The notes under the pieces were generated by a model. It did not search any database and had not been told where the DNA came from. It worked only from the letters and a program-made list of their open reading frames with translations. This document shows positions 1 through 11,461 of a stretch of 64,000 bases of DNA, piece after piece. The position numbers and the translations under genes were made by a program. Source of the DNA: Paraspadella gotoi. Lineage: Eukaryota > Animalia > Chaetognatha. The stretch is taken from positions 28,872,696 through 28,936,695 of the forward strand of contig CM119264.1 of NCBI GenBank assembly GCA_051294375.1. Direction: 5' to 3'. Every line of letters begins with the position of its first letter. Position 1 is the stretch's first letter.

Positions 1-71
1 TTGCTGTTCCTTTTTTTTTTATAGCACGACTACCCCTTAACTTTCGCTTCTCTTTGAATCCCCTTCTTCAG

Positions 72-1250
72 ACGCACGAACTTTTCGAGAACGCCAAAGC
101 CAAAGTGAACGGACTTCGTCACCGCAAAAAGAAAATCGTCGGAATTCTCGAGTTCATTCAAGAAAATGGCGGAATCGCGCGGTGTGGCATCGAAGAGTGG
201 CGACCGAAACTGAGGGTAAGTCTTTAGGGGTGGCATTGACGAGTGCCGACCAAAACTGAGGGTAAGTGTTAAGGGGTGGCATCGAAGAAGGGCGACCAAA
301 ACTGAGGGTAAGTCTTAAGGGGTGCCATCAAAGAAGGGCGACCAAAACTGAGGTTAAGTCTTAAGGGGTGGCATAGAAGAAGGGCGACCAAAACTGAGGG
401 TAAGTCTTAAGGGGTGGCATCGAAGAAAGGCGACCAATACTGAGGGTAAGTCTTCTCAGAAATTTGTACAACCAAGGTATAATATTCTATTCATTTGTAT
501 AAAACGAAAACGCCCGGTTTGATAATTATCAGTCAAATGACTGAAGTTTTGTGTTACTATTTTCAGTTTTTGGGTTTAAGAAAATAACATTTGGTTGTTT
601 TTTTACTCTAGGAAAAAGGTTACACGGAGACGGAAATTCAAGCTTTTTTTTCAAAATTCGACGCAAACAACGACAACAAAATTGGCGACGACGAATTGAG
701 CGCCGGAGTTCGTAGATTGGAGATAGAAGAGAGGGCGCTGGGTAAGCATAAGCAAGCGCTAAGTAAGCATGGTCATAACTCATAAGTTCGTTTGGATATA
801 CCTAGTAGACGATTCGTAGGCAAGGGCAAGGAAAGCAAAAACTTGGCGGCTCAACAAGCAGGGAGCTAAAAGTGTCTTGATAGAATTAGAAAGAGAAAGA
901 ATTAGAAAAGAGAAAAAAGAAAGAACTCGAAAGAAAGAAAGAAAGAGAAAAAAAAGTGATTGACTGTTAACATATATTTTAATATAACTCATCTAATAAC
1001 CATAAATTTTTTTTTTCTAGACCAACAGCAAGAAACTCTCGCCAAAGAGGCCGTCATGGTTCCAGCGGGGAATCTAACGACGAAAGCGCAAATGGGCGCG
1101 GCGATGGAAAGGATCGGGACGATCGAAGCGCAGGTGACGAACCTGGCGGACAAAATCGAAATCATTTTGAAGGAACTGAGGACGGAAGCGGAAAAGAGGC
1201 AGAGGTTGGAATCTCAACTCGAGGTCGAAGCAACGATCTTGGCGCCGTGA
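72..1250 (+). CDS. PKD2: Polycystin-2 (TRPP/PKD2-like) channel, last three coding exons (clean copy; 5' part lies upstream of the window)
   Basis: Exons 72-215 (THELFENAKAKVNGLRHRKKKIVGILEFIQENGG..EEWRPKLR), 612-741 (EKGYTETEIQAFFSKFDANNDNKIGDDEL, a canonical EF-hand matching PKD2 [27 protein letters not shown]) and 1021-1250 (coiled coil MERIGTIEAQVTNLADKIEIILKEL, then stop). GT-AG sites and phases 0/1 are consistent. Confidence 0.8.
181..453 (+). repeat. 46-bp tandem repeat x6 spanning a PKD2 exon end and its splice donor
   Basis: Unit GGTGGCATCGAAGAAGGGCGACCAAAACTGAGG|GTAAGTCTTAAGG; donor positions 216, 262, 308, (354 mutated), 400, 446. Second copy at ~14207-14495. Confidence 0.95.
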
Positions 1251-1529
1251 CCTTTTTGACCTTGGCTCTTCTTTTTTATTATAAATTTCTGTTTAGATGT
1301 TTATTAGATTAGTTATTAGTTATTATTATCGCAAATATATTTTGAACGGGACGACTGGTTTCCGCTTGATACACGGATTTCAAATGGGAGTGAAATGAAA
1401 ACAATTGGGAAAATGTTGCAAAAGTTAAGCTGACTGACTGTGATTAATATTTCTTCATTTCATTAGTTAAAAAATTCCCTGACGTTAATGTTCCTATCAT
1501 CGACGACAACAACAAAAACAACAACAACG

Positions 1530-3194
1530 ATGAACAGCAAACGTTTATGCTTTATGTTTTTTTACATCATAGCAACTGGTGCGCTTGCCTTCCAGGAGCT
1601 TTTTTTGCAACATTTTTCCCCTCTTATTTGATAGTTCAATTTTAAACTTATTGTAAAAAAAATAAGATGAATATTTTAATTTTTTTTACATTCATTAGTT
1701 AGTATAATGCCTTGGGAGTATGCAAAAAAAATTGTTATTAATATATTTCAAAGTTTAGTTAGACAACAGGCTCTTGCCAGATCATTGTTTTTTTTTGGTT
1801 TTTTTAACGATGAAATTTTAATTTTCTATAAGTTTTAACTAGAAAAACTACTAAAATGAAAAAGGCTGTCATTGTGGTTGTGAAAAAGCTTTTGACATTT
1901 CGATTGCTATATCTGTAAGATGAACCAAAATTTTCAAACATTTTTTTCATAAAAATATATTTTCTAACAGGAAGGTCCAAAAAATTCGGCCTTGCCATTG
2001 ATGAGCACATAACTAAGAAAGTAAGCAAGCTGGACCACTGGGAGTTAGAAAATAAAAAACATCAGCGATTTTTTTACCAGGGTGCAAAACAAGAAGTTTT
2101 TATAACGAAAAATATAGCCATAGTATTTGAACTTATCATTTCTCTCCCATTTGAAATCCGTGTATGTTTGTTTTTTAACCTCCATGAATTTTGTGTTACG
2201 TTATACTAGTCTAGTTTAATGTAGTTAAATTAATTTCATAGCTTTAAGTTATAAAGCCCGGCCGAATTATCAACAGCCAATATTTAAATAAAAAAGGATT
2301 TAATGTAATGTTTTACCTTTTTTTTTGAACGTCATTTGTGAAACTCGGCAGACTCCATTTAAAAAAGAAAATTAAACGATATCGCATCTGCTTTTTTAAT
2401 TTCGGGTAACATAAGTAAAAGGACAGCAGGAAATAAAAATGGACAAGAAATTTAAAAACTTAACAATTACATCTGCAAATAAATAATGAAATAAAAAGTT
2501 GATGTCGAATTGACGTTAAGAAATAAAAATTTACATTGTCTTACAACTGTTTAAAACTCTTTTCAGAAACCACAATTCAGACCAATCCGTACTATCTCTA
2601 ACCCTGGAAAGCAACTTCCCAAAAATTTTCTCAAAAAGACCCTGGATCAAATTTATAAATTAAACCGGGTCAATATATATGTCTTCAATTTCCTCTGATT
2701 TAATAATTTTAATAAAGCGTTAAAATGAGTCTCAGGACCAATTGACTCGTTCAATTCAATCTTTGACCCAGTAAAAAAAAGGGGAGTATCAAGTGAAAAA
2801 AATACTTCATGTCAGCCATTTTTTAACCTCTTTTGACCGGTGATCAATCTGAGTGCTATCACAAAGCGTTTTTTTTTGTTTACCGATTGAGCGGGTTTTT
2901 TTTTTGTTTTTTTTTTTGATGAGCTGCTTGCATATTTCTAAGAAATACGGGCCGTTTCAAACGTTTTCAAAATTAAAGCGCTATAAAGAAAAAATCTTCG
3001 GGCGTGAAAGAGGGTTTAATATTATAAATTTCGCTAGGCAACAGCGGTAGCAATCTTAGCTCGATGCATCGTATCAAAGTCACATTTCAATAGGCTTTTT
3101 GCGCACCATGGCTCTCGCAAAAAAATGGAAAATCAACAAGCGCAAAGAATGGCAATTCGTAGAACAATTGGCTTTTAAAAAAATACGGGTGTAA
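1530..3194 (+). other. Candidate small multi-exon secreted-protein gene, unresolved
   Basis: ATG at ~1530 gives signal-peptide-like MNSKRLCFMFFYIIATGALAFQ. Exon-like segments with AG/GT ends follow at ~1842-1914 (GCHCGCEKAFD), ~1971-2020 and ~2568-2668, plus an open stretch at ~2919-3194. The frames cannot be joined cleanly. Confidence 0.25.
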
Positions 3195-3865
3195 TGTAGA
3201 AAATAAAACCAAAATAAAATCAATATCTAGTGCTCTTACTTACAACTTAAGCGACTAGAATTCTGGGACCAATCTAAACCTAATTCTAATTCTTAACTAC
3301 TAAAAGGCATCTAGTTTGTATAATTGTAATCTCAAAGAGGATCCATCTTTGTTGTAAAAGGTTACTTTAGTGTATATAATAAATAGAACATTAGAAAGTC
3401 AAAATAAGGAGAAACTAAAAAAAAAGCAAGCTGGTATGCACCTACACCCATTCGGGTAGCAAAAACTTACAATTAAGTAACGTGTGCATTATGGCTTGGA
3501 TACATGGATTAAAAAATATTGCGAATACAGCAAATTGAAGCGGCCAGAAAAAAAAACTTACAAAAACGAAGTGATAATCAATATTCATCAATCATCATGA
3601 TCAGGTAGAAACATCAATAAAAAAAACTTTTAAACATTAGAAAAATTATATAATGCCTTTAGATCGTTAGGTGTTTTCTTACACATTAAATTTGGATATT
3701 TTTTTTTTCAAGATTGAACCATGCATCAACAGCGTTTCCTCGTTCTTTTTTTTTTTTCTGCTGCTAACATTACTAATAGTAGAATAGTAACATTACGAAG
3801 ATAAGATTCGTAAGATTATATAAGGAAATTGAAAAAAAAAGAAAGAAATATGCCGCGCGATTTTA

Positions 3866-5308
3866 TCACTGGATTTCTAGCGGAACTTTGGCCGGTGATT
3901 CTGACAACGGTGACACCAACACGTCGTCGTCTCCCATAATGACGTCGTCGTCGTCGTCAATCCCGTTGCTGGAAACGATAGAGCCGCCGGCGTTGGACGT
4001 TTTCGCCGACGAGCCAAGCGTGTAGCCCGGTTTCGGGATGGGCATGTTTATCACAACGTTTCTCGAGTCGGAGAGGCTGCGTCCGGGCGCGCTGCCGGTG
4101 GAAGACCGCGGCCCGACCTGCGGGTTTCGCTGGAACAGGTTCGAGTTGTCCAAAACCTCCGGGGGGATGTAGACGGGATCGAGACGCGAGGGGGACGCCT
4201 CCACGGGGCACTCGTAGCGCGTCGGCCGCCAGGGCTCTCTGGCGGCGTTTGGCGTGCGCGAGGCGCTGCGGGGATCCAGCTTTTCCAGCGGATCCCGCTG
4301 CAGCTGCTGCCGTTTCTTCTTCAACTCCTTGAGGAGGGCGTTGCCGATGCCTTTGTTCGACATCTTCTCCAATTCCTCGATGACTTTGTCAAGTCTCTCC
4401 GCGTCCATGTTCTCCGAGAGGAGGCGTTGGAATTCGGCCTCCTCGTGTTCGGTCCCGTTGCTCAAATTTCCGGAGCGTCCGTGTTGAAGCTCGATGTAGG
4501 TCTTGGCCGGAGGAGCCGGAAAATCGTCCCGTTCCACCGGCGCCGGATCATCGTCACCGCGCCGGTAACCGCCCGGCTGGGAGGCCAGTTTGATGGGCTC
4601 GGCGTTGTTCATCGGGGGCGCCGGAGAGACGCGCCCGCTAGAGGGCTTTGACCCGATAGCCCGGGCGATTCCGCTCGTCGGCCGCTGATTGGGCAGATTG
4701 AACGAGGGCGTGTTGCGGTAAGAGAAATTGCGCGGTCGATGAAACTGAGGGGATCGACTCGGAGACGGCGACACCGTTCCCCGGAGACCCGTCAGCTTGA
4801 TTTCCCGCGCGTTGGCCGATCCGATGAAACTACTGGTGAAGGATCGGCCGAAGGTGTCGTTGAAGCCTCCGGAGCTGATCGGGCGAGGAGGCGGCGGATT
4901 GCTCTGGCTCCGCGTAGGCGTGATGGCCTGATTGGGCAAGCTGTCGCAGGACCGCGGGCTGTAGATCGGACAGATGGCCGAGTTCGGCGACCGGAACGAA
5001 CCAGTGCAGCTGTACATAAAGCTGTTGTTTTCCTGCGTCGCGTCGCCGATGCTGCGATCGCCGCGCCGTTTACCGTCGCAGTTGAGGTGCCAGATTTTGT
5101 TGCCTTTGATGCACATCTCATCGCCTTCTATAAAGGGTCCACCGCAACGGTAGCATTTGGCGCAGGTAGGGTGGTACTTCTTCTCTCTCGCCTGCAACAC
5201 CTTGCCGACGAAGAGCTGACCGCACTCCGCGCATTTCACGCCGTACTTTTGCAAGTATTGCTCGTCCAAATGTCTGTAGGAACCCGGCTGCTGAGTCACT
5301 GTGGACAT
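3866..5308 (-). CDS. ABLIM: Actin-binding LIM protein (abLIM/UNC-115)-like, intronless CDS, one LIM domain, no villin headpiece (480 aa)
   Basis: ATG 5308. LIM GVKCAECGQLFVGKVLQAREKKYHPTCAKCYRCGGPFIEGDEMCIKGNKIWHLNC resembles the last abLIM LIM domain. Family linker motifs FHRP, VERDDFPAPP, LDPRSASRTPNAAREP and RYECPVEASPSR are present. Confidence 0.85.
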   Translation of the reverse strand: MSTVTQQPGSYRHLDEQYLQKYGVKCAECGQLFVGKVLQAREKKYHPTCAKCYRCGGPFIEGDEMCIKGNKIWHLNCDGKRRGDRSIGDATQENNSFMYSCTGSFRSPNSAICPIYSPRSCDSLPNQAITPTRSQSNPPPPRPISSGGFNDTFGRSFTSSFIGSANAREIKLTGLRGTVSPSPSRSPQFHRPRNFSYRNTPSFNLPNQRPTSGIARAIGSKPSSGRVSPAPPMNNAEPIKLASQPGGYRRGDDDPAPVERDDFPAPPAKTYIELQHGRSGNLSNGTEHEEAEFQRLLSENMDAERLDKVIEELEKMSNKGIGNALLKELKKKRQQLQRDPLEKLDPRSASRTPNAAREPWRPTRYECPVEASPSRLDPVYIPPEVLDNSNLFQRNPQVGPRSSTGSAPGRSLSDSRNVVINMPIPKPGYTLGSSAKTSNAGGSIVSSNGIDDDDDVIMGDDDVLVSPLSESPAKVPLEIQ

Positions 5309-6401
5309 GACAATATTTTTTTTTGATAAATAGTTTTTTTTTGGTTGTATTTTTTTTTTTTGAAATTTTTTTGGGGGTTTTTTGAGAAAGATTCTCAAGT
5401 TTTTAATCTCCTCAGGTTTTTAAGCACGGAAAGGTTTTTTTCGTCTGCGAACAAGAAACATAATTACCAGATTTCGTTAAGCGAACAACAAAATGGTTCA
5501 TAATTAATATAATTTTCTTTATCGTGAATAACAAAAACACAAAAAAGCATGTACAGTGGAATCAACGGGATAAGAAAAAAACCTAATAAAACGTGATAAT
5601 TTAATACAAAATAATTGGTACAAGTACGCTCGAAATTATTATGCTACTGACATAAAAATTGTCAAAAGCATGCGATTGCATAGAATATCCAAAAAATAAT
5701 GGGCGAAAATAGCACGTTGACGTGTGACTAAGTTTTCATTTTCCACATCGGGAACGATTTTTGCCAGTCAGTCAGTCCCTCTTTGGCCATAGGGGGTGGG
5801 GCGAATATAATATAATTTCAAAAAGAGAGAGAGAGAGAGAAAAAAAAAAGCCCGATTAATTAAGCCAGTTTTTAGTAGACGCGAACCGGGGGAATTGTCT
5901 AGTCCAAAGCTTCGCCGCGAATTTAAAAAGAACGCGCCGCGCAGGCGCGTCGGAAGTTTCGAGTCTCTGAACAATTCTTGGTGTACAATTCAAATGCGGA
6001 CCACGAGCGCTTGGCGGCGCCCGCGGATGAGAAGACGGCGCCGCGAGAAATCCATTTCCAACTTGAAATTTGGTCGAGAGTTGGGAAAGGGTGCGGTCCC
6101 CGGATGTAAAACGGAGAATCACATTCGATCTTCAACATTCTTTCCGCCTTTTTTATATTTTTTTTTAAGAAAAGAAGAGAGAGAGAGCGAATAAGTGGAA
6201 AGAGAAAAAAGATAAATTGAATCGAATGTTTTGATTTTGAAAGTCAATTCCAGTTCGCGTCAAAGGGAAAGAAAGAACTTTTTTTTTTCTTTTTCAGTTT
6301 CTTTTTTCAAGGAGAAGCCCGAGAGATTTCGAGTCGTTTTTATCGTCCTTCAATTTTTTTTCTACATTTTTTACAGTTTTTTTTTTTTTTCTTTAAAGTT
6401 T

Positions 6402-6974
6402 TTAGGGTAGAACAGGAATGATGTTCATAAACGTCTCGCTCTTCGTCGGGCTTTGATTCTCGGCGTTCTGATTCCAGATGGAGTGTTGTTGTGGCGGCTG
6501 GACGTCCTCGCCCTCGTCGGAGACGGCTTGAGAGATGGCGCTGGTGATGGCGGAGCCAGTGGCTTGCGTCGAGTCGACGGAGGCCGGCGACGACTGGCGA
6601 AACGAGGTCACCAGCCCCTGACGTCGTTGACCCTGAAGAACGGCGACGGAGCGGTGACGGGCGGCGGGCGCGGTCCTTCGAGCGCAGCGGGCGGACAAAG
6701 TGCGGAACGTCTCGTACCCGGCGAAGGCGGCGGCGCCGACGGGAATGACGGAGGCTAAACTGCGGAGTCGAATCGGAAGATGGCGCGTCAATTCAACTTG
6801 AACAGCGAGGCCGGCGGAGAAGGCGACGCAAAAGGCGCCCGAGGCCGTTAGGAACGCGCGTTGCTGACATTCTTCAAGCGAAGACGACGATCGTACGTTG
6901 GAGCGATGACGAGTGGCTGAGATTTCTTCTGCGACCGATTCCAGCGTACCTGGAGGTGGCTGACGCATAGTCAT
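6402..6974 (-). CDS. TMEM141: TMEM141-like two-TM membrane protein with low-complexity C-terminal extension, intronless
   Basis: EECQQRAFLTASGAFCVAFSAGLAVQVELTRHLPIRLRSLASVIPVGAAAFAGYETFRTLSARC follows the TMEM141 pattern (CQSHAF..F..G....Q....R..P.........SY..TR..S.KC); GC-rich ORF in AT-rich flanks. Confidence 0.7.
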   Translation of the reverse strand: MTMRQPPPGTLESVAEEISATRHRSNVRSSSSLEECQQRAFLTASGAFCVAFSAGLAVQVELTRHLPIRLRSLASVIPVGAAAFAGYETFRTLSARCARRTAPAARHRSVAVLQGQRRQGLVTSFRQSSPASVDSTQATGSAITSAISQAVSDEGEDVQPPQQHSIWNQNAENQSPTKSETFMNIIPVLP

Positions 6975-9233
6975 CCTCTGGCGAAGAGGAATGAGGGGGA
7001 TCGAACGCTTTGGCGAGCGGGGCGGTTTGGGGATAAGGGGGCGACGAGATAAGCGGAGAAAGTCTTTGCGGTGGGAAATAGCTGACTCTTTATCCTCTCT
7101 CGGGAAATGAGTTTTTTGAGACTTGGGTTCCCGTATGAATAATCAATTCACTTTTTTACGTTCTTATTCGTAATATTCGTATATATATATTTTTTTTGCT
7201 TCAATCACTTTTTCTGTCTCAACTTTTTTGGTTTTTCCTTTTTTTTTGGGCGAGTCAGCATCAAATTCTCATAAAATAGGATGTTAAAAGTTGAAAGAAA
7301 TCAAGTTTGTAAGCTTTTTAACGTTTTTTTGCAAGGGTGGGGTTCACTTCGTTCGAAAACAGTTTTAAGAATATATATATCTCCTTTTGGTATTTCGTTT
7401 AAAAAAAAATAATCGGGTCTAGGGAACGATGCCTACATCACTTGGGCAAAAATACATCGACTGAGGTTCGAACCAAATTCTGGTCCGGTGAGATCCACGC
7501 ATCGTTCACGTGTAAACGAGTTTTTGAGTATCAAATGTGCGACGTCACAGCTGGTATAGCAAGGAACGAGATGATCCGGGAGAAAATAAATTCTCAATGA
7601 GGAGCCTGGGGATTGGAGGAAAAAAAGAGATCGAACGTTATTATCGTGTAGTTTAACCGGGGCCCCATTAAACTTAATCGTGGGCCAATTTTTTTTTCCA
7701 CCTTTTAATAATTTTCGTTTTTTTAAAGGGATGTTGTATTGAAAAATAAATAATACACGACAAACCGGATATATCATATATAACCCGCTGTCTCCAGACC
7801 CTAAAAGGCCCGTTAACGGGGGCGTAACTTGAATATTAAAAGTTAACTGACGACAAAATTTTCCAAACAAACGGTTACACAATACACAATTCACATAAAT
7901 GACATAATGTGACGGCCAGCGACTTGTACCGAGGGCCTTGACTTGAACCAAATTTTTTGTTTAATGAATTTCTATTAAATTTTAGTTCTAACAAACTTAT
8001 GTTTTGAAGACAATCTGAGTTTGTTGCGAAACAGCAAAGAGAAATGCTGGTTTGTAGTGTCGTTTATAATATTCGGAATAACGATTCTTCAATTGAAAAA
8101 TGAAAGCGTTTCTTATCGTGGAATTAAACATTCATTTCTCCATTATTAAAAATGCAGGAACCACGATAAATTTGGAGAAAAAAAAAAGGACGTGAGCGAA
8201 AGAGAAGAGATTAAGATGACATTGCGAAATTGTGAGATGTTGAGATGGTGAGCCGGTGAGCAGCAGCATGAAAATCGTTGCTGATCCGAGGCCGAGGCCG
8301 AGGTTGTCAACCTTAAATTTTATGTCGTCGAGGATTAAGTGACACTGTGATCTTGGATATGATAGGCGACGGGGTTTTAAAAAAAACATTTGGGACAGGG
8401 AAAATGGAAAAAACAAAGACATAATTTCTAATAAATGCGTTGGTTTNNNNNNNNNNAATGGAAAAACAAAGACATAATTTCTCATAAATGCGTTGGTTTT
8501 AATCTGGGCAGTTTTTTCATATGCATGTTGAGAAAGTGCTTCTTCCGCCAGAGGAGCATGCGATCAAAACAAAAGATCCTCGTTCTCACTTTTAGCTCGG
8601 GGAAAAGCATCCAAATCTACCCAAAGAAAAGCCTCTGGCTGTGGATTGCTTTTGGTTTTTGCAAGGTAAAAACCGAGGCTGTATGTGCGACTACGAAAAA
8701 TTGTTTTTTTTCTTTTTATTATTGCATGATTTTTGATTGCGACATCAGGAGACACTTGACAACTTAGCAATTAGATAAGTAAAGACTCATCGGAATTATT
8801 AAGCCACTACTCTAGTCGATTTACTATCCACCGTTTCGCCAAAGAAATAAAGTTAGTTAATTTATCCAGAAAATGAGCGAATGACGGGTTGGGTTAAACT
8901 GACTCATATAATCCGCGTGACCTCAGCTTCGCTTTCTCCTCAGCAGCAGAGCGGAGACGCAGCGGAGCAGCGAAGCTTGAGCAAATCGAGTCCCGACGCT
9001 GGCCAACGCGCACGAAATGCGATAAAAGTGGAGGTCTTGTTTAATCTCGATAAAATTGCAATCGATTTAGGTTCTTGGTCCTGGAGTGGGAAATTTATGG
9101 CTTGGCTTTAATCGCTAAGATATCTAACTTATCAGATATTCAAATTAAAATAATATTCTACTCATTGTCTTTAATACAAAAAAAATGTTCATGTGAAGCC
9201 GACTGGTATCAAAGTAAAAACCGGCCCTTCAAA

Positions 9234-9234
<1 letters not shown>

Positions 9235-9280
<46 letters not shown>
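9235..9280. repeat. (AAT)n microsatellite
   Basis: Directly visible; duplicate at ~23292-23341. Confidence 0.95.
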
Positions 9281-9283
<3 letters not shown>

Positions 9284-9473
9284 CGAAATCACCTCAGCGC
9301 GTTTTTAATTAAAAAAAAGTAGTAGTGGCGTTCGTAGCAAACAAAGAATAAATATTTTGAATAGGAAGTACGTTAGCAAAAAGCAAATTTTACAATGAAG
9401 ACAGCACTTGGTTCCTCGTTACGAAACTGATTCCGTGGCCATAAAACCGTAAACAAAAGATGACAAAAAAAAT

Positions 9474-10155
9474 TTAAAAATCTTCGAAGTTGGCTTTAAA
9501 CAGCGAAGTCTCTTTTCCCTCGAGAATTCGTGTGATGGGTGCGATAGCGTGGTCCGTGCGGCTGCAGTAAATCTGGATTTAAATACAAACAAATTCATAT
9601 GTACTAGTGAGAATTATTTCATAAACATTTTTTTTTCAGTTATATACGTTATTTGAAAATTGCAAAAGTACTTGGTTTAAAAAATCATTAAACGTTAAAC
9701 TTAAATAATAAATATCTTCATATAAAAAAATTTAAAAGTTTTAAAGGTTTTACTATTATATATATTATTAAGATGTTAATGTTGTCTTCTGAAAATAGAA
9801 ATAAAACGTAGAACATCTACACAACTAGATATTTGAAATACTTTCTAGGTTTCTTATTATACCAGATTAGTTATGAAGTTATTAATTGAAAAATCAAAAT
9901 ATCTAAAAGGCTGATTAGAATTAAAAATGGATGGAAGAGAAAATTCGTTTTGGGAATTCATAAGAGAATGTAAGATTCTTTACTAATATCTAGGACAACA
10001 CAGTATTGTATCACTACGATTAAATTCGCATCAAGTAGTGAAGGGAGATATAGTCTTACGTGTGCCCGTCCAATGGCCTGGAACTTTTCCATCTCCGAGG
10101 CGCCGTTACCGACCCAGACGAAAACGTGAGCGCTGTTGTCCACGATGAAAACGTC
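9474..10155 (-). CDS. Gelsolin-like gene, last two exons (clean duplicate copy)
   Basis: Exon 10060-10155 DVFIVDNSAHVFVWVGNGASEMEKFQAIGRAH and exon 9474-9572 IYCSRTDHAIAPITRILEGKETSLFKANFEDF*; GT-AG, phase 0. Confidence 0.9.
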
Positions 10156-10334
10156 CTAAAGATAAACAAGAGAATTGTTAATTGGCTAATGCCATTAGTA
10201 ATGGTAATGACTATTAGTAATGGTAGATTTGACTTTTTTTTAAATCGATTCAGATTTCGTGACCAGAAAATTAAAAAAAAAGGACAATGTGGACACGAAG
10301 GTTTTGTAGCGACGGGGTCGATGTCCGGTGGTCA

Positions 10335-10335
10335 T

Positions 10336-10424
<89 letters not shown>

Positions 10425-10425
10425 G

Positions 10426-10457
<32 letters not shown>

Positions 10458-10488
10458 GTCTTCTCTTCTCTCTCTCTCTCTCTCTCTC
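10335..10488. repeat. (CT)n microsatellite
   Basis: Directly visible. Other CT/AG tracts at ~24394-24544, 27408-27460, 34158-34235, 35340-35372, 43454-43767, 45153-45192, 49431-49657, 51240-51360. Confidence 0.95.
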
Positions 10489-11461
10489 ATAAAATGACCT
10501 TTGTTAGGACTAAGCTCTGATGAAAAAAGCCAGAGGTTTTTTTAATATATTCTTTTACCGGCCAATGTAGAATGATGGCAATATTGCTATTGTTAAGTTT
10601 CAAAAAATCCGATCTTAAATATAGAAAATATTACCAAAATCTTTGGAAAATCCACACCCTTCATTGGAAGATTTTCGCCATAGAAGAATTTTCCCGAATC
10701 TGACTCCCGGTTGAAAACTCTTAGAATTCCGATCGTAAGCTCCTCTTTACTTTTACTTTAAATAAAATTTCACCAAAATGGACTAATTCACTTTACCATG
10801 ATTGTTTCATATTAAAATAACTAAATAAAATATAAAGAAAAATTTTGAGAGCCCTTCAGACATATGGCTATCGGATTCCTGAATTCGAAGATTATTGTAA
10901 AATCAAACATGCCTTAAATGCGTTATATTGTAATGAAGTTGAGAAATCCCTTTATTTTATAATAGAAAAATTGAGATGAAAATTTTTCCTGAGGCAGACC
11001 AGTCCATTTAAATCTGATGGTTTGATGCCAAAATGATGGTTAATCATAAAGAGAAAAAAAATGCGAGCCCTTCAGATGCAACAGGATCTGAATCGAGTTT
11101 TTTTACATCAATGTTTTATCGGAACTTTTCCCAGGACCGTTTATATTGTTTTGTAGTCAGATTTGAACGAAAATCTCCATTGAAAAAATCTTCCCGATCT
11201 CTAAAACGACGTCGACTCCTACCTTTGTACCGATGGGTTTCATTCTTAACATACTTTATTATTCACTTCAAACCGTTTTATTTGGTAAATTTTTATATTA
11301 TTCTTATGAAATTGGTACAACCAATATAAAATTATATATTCATTTAATAAATAAGCTCTCTTGTCCCTGACTTTGCACAGGCTTTGGTGGTTTAAGGCNN
11401 NNNNNNNNNNNNNNNNNNNNNNNATTCATTAATTCATCTTATTCTTTCATTCCTTTTCAAG

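Larger units (their letters stand above)
1..11398. repeat. Copy 1 of an 11.4-kb direct duplication
   Basis: Collinear with 14026-25456 (both start TTGCT(G)GTTCCTTTT and end GGTTTAAGGC); ends at the 25-N gap 11399-11423. Confidence 0.97.

Noticed and set aside
181-453. CRISPR-like regularly spaced repeats
   Set aside because: Units are contiguous with no unique spacers, there are no cas genes, and the context is a eukaryotic exon/intron boundary.
3100-3860. Villin headpiece exon for abLIM
   Set aside because: No LP..VD...LE.HLS..F or W.....KK..LF motif seen on the minus strand.
3957-5326. Overlapping and antisense ORFs within the abLIM CDS (likewise within TMEM141, gelsolin and EPS8 exons)
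   Set aside because: Shadow frames of GC-rich coding sequence with no recognisable motifs.
8403-8500. ~45-bp direct repeat around a 10-N gap (similar case at 34846-34855)
   Set aside because: Single copy in the duplicate at ~22512-22556, so it is a contig-overlap artefact.
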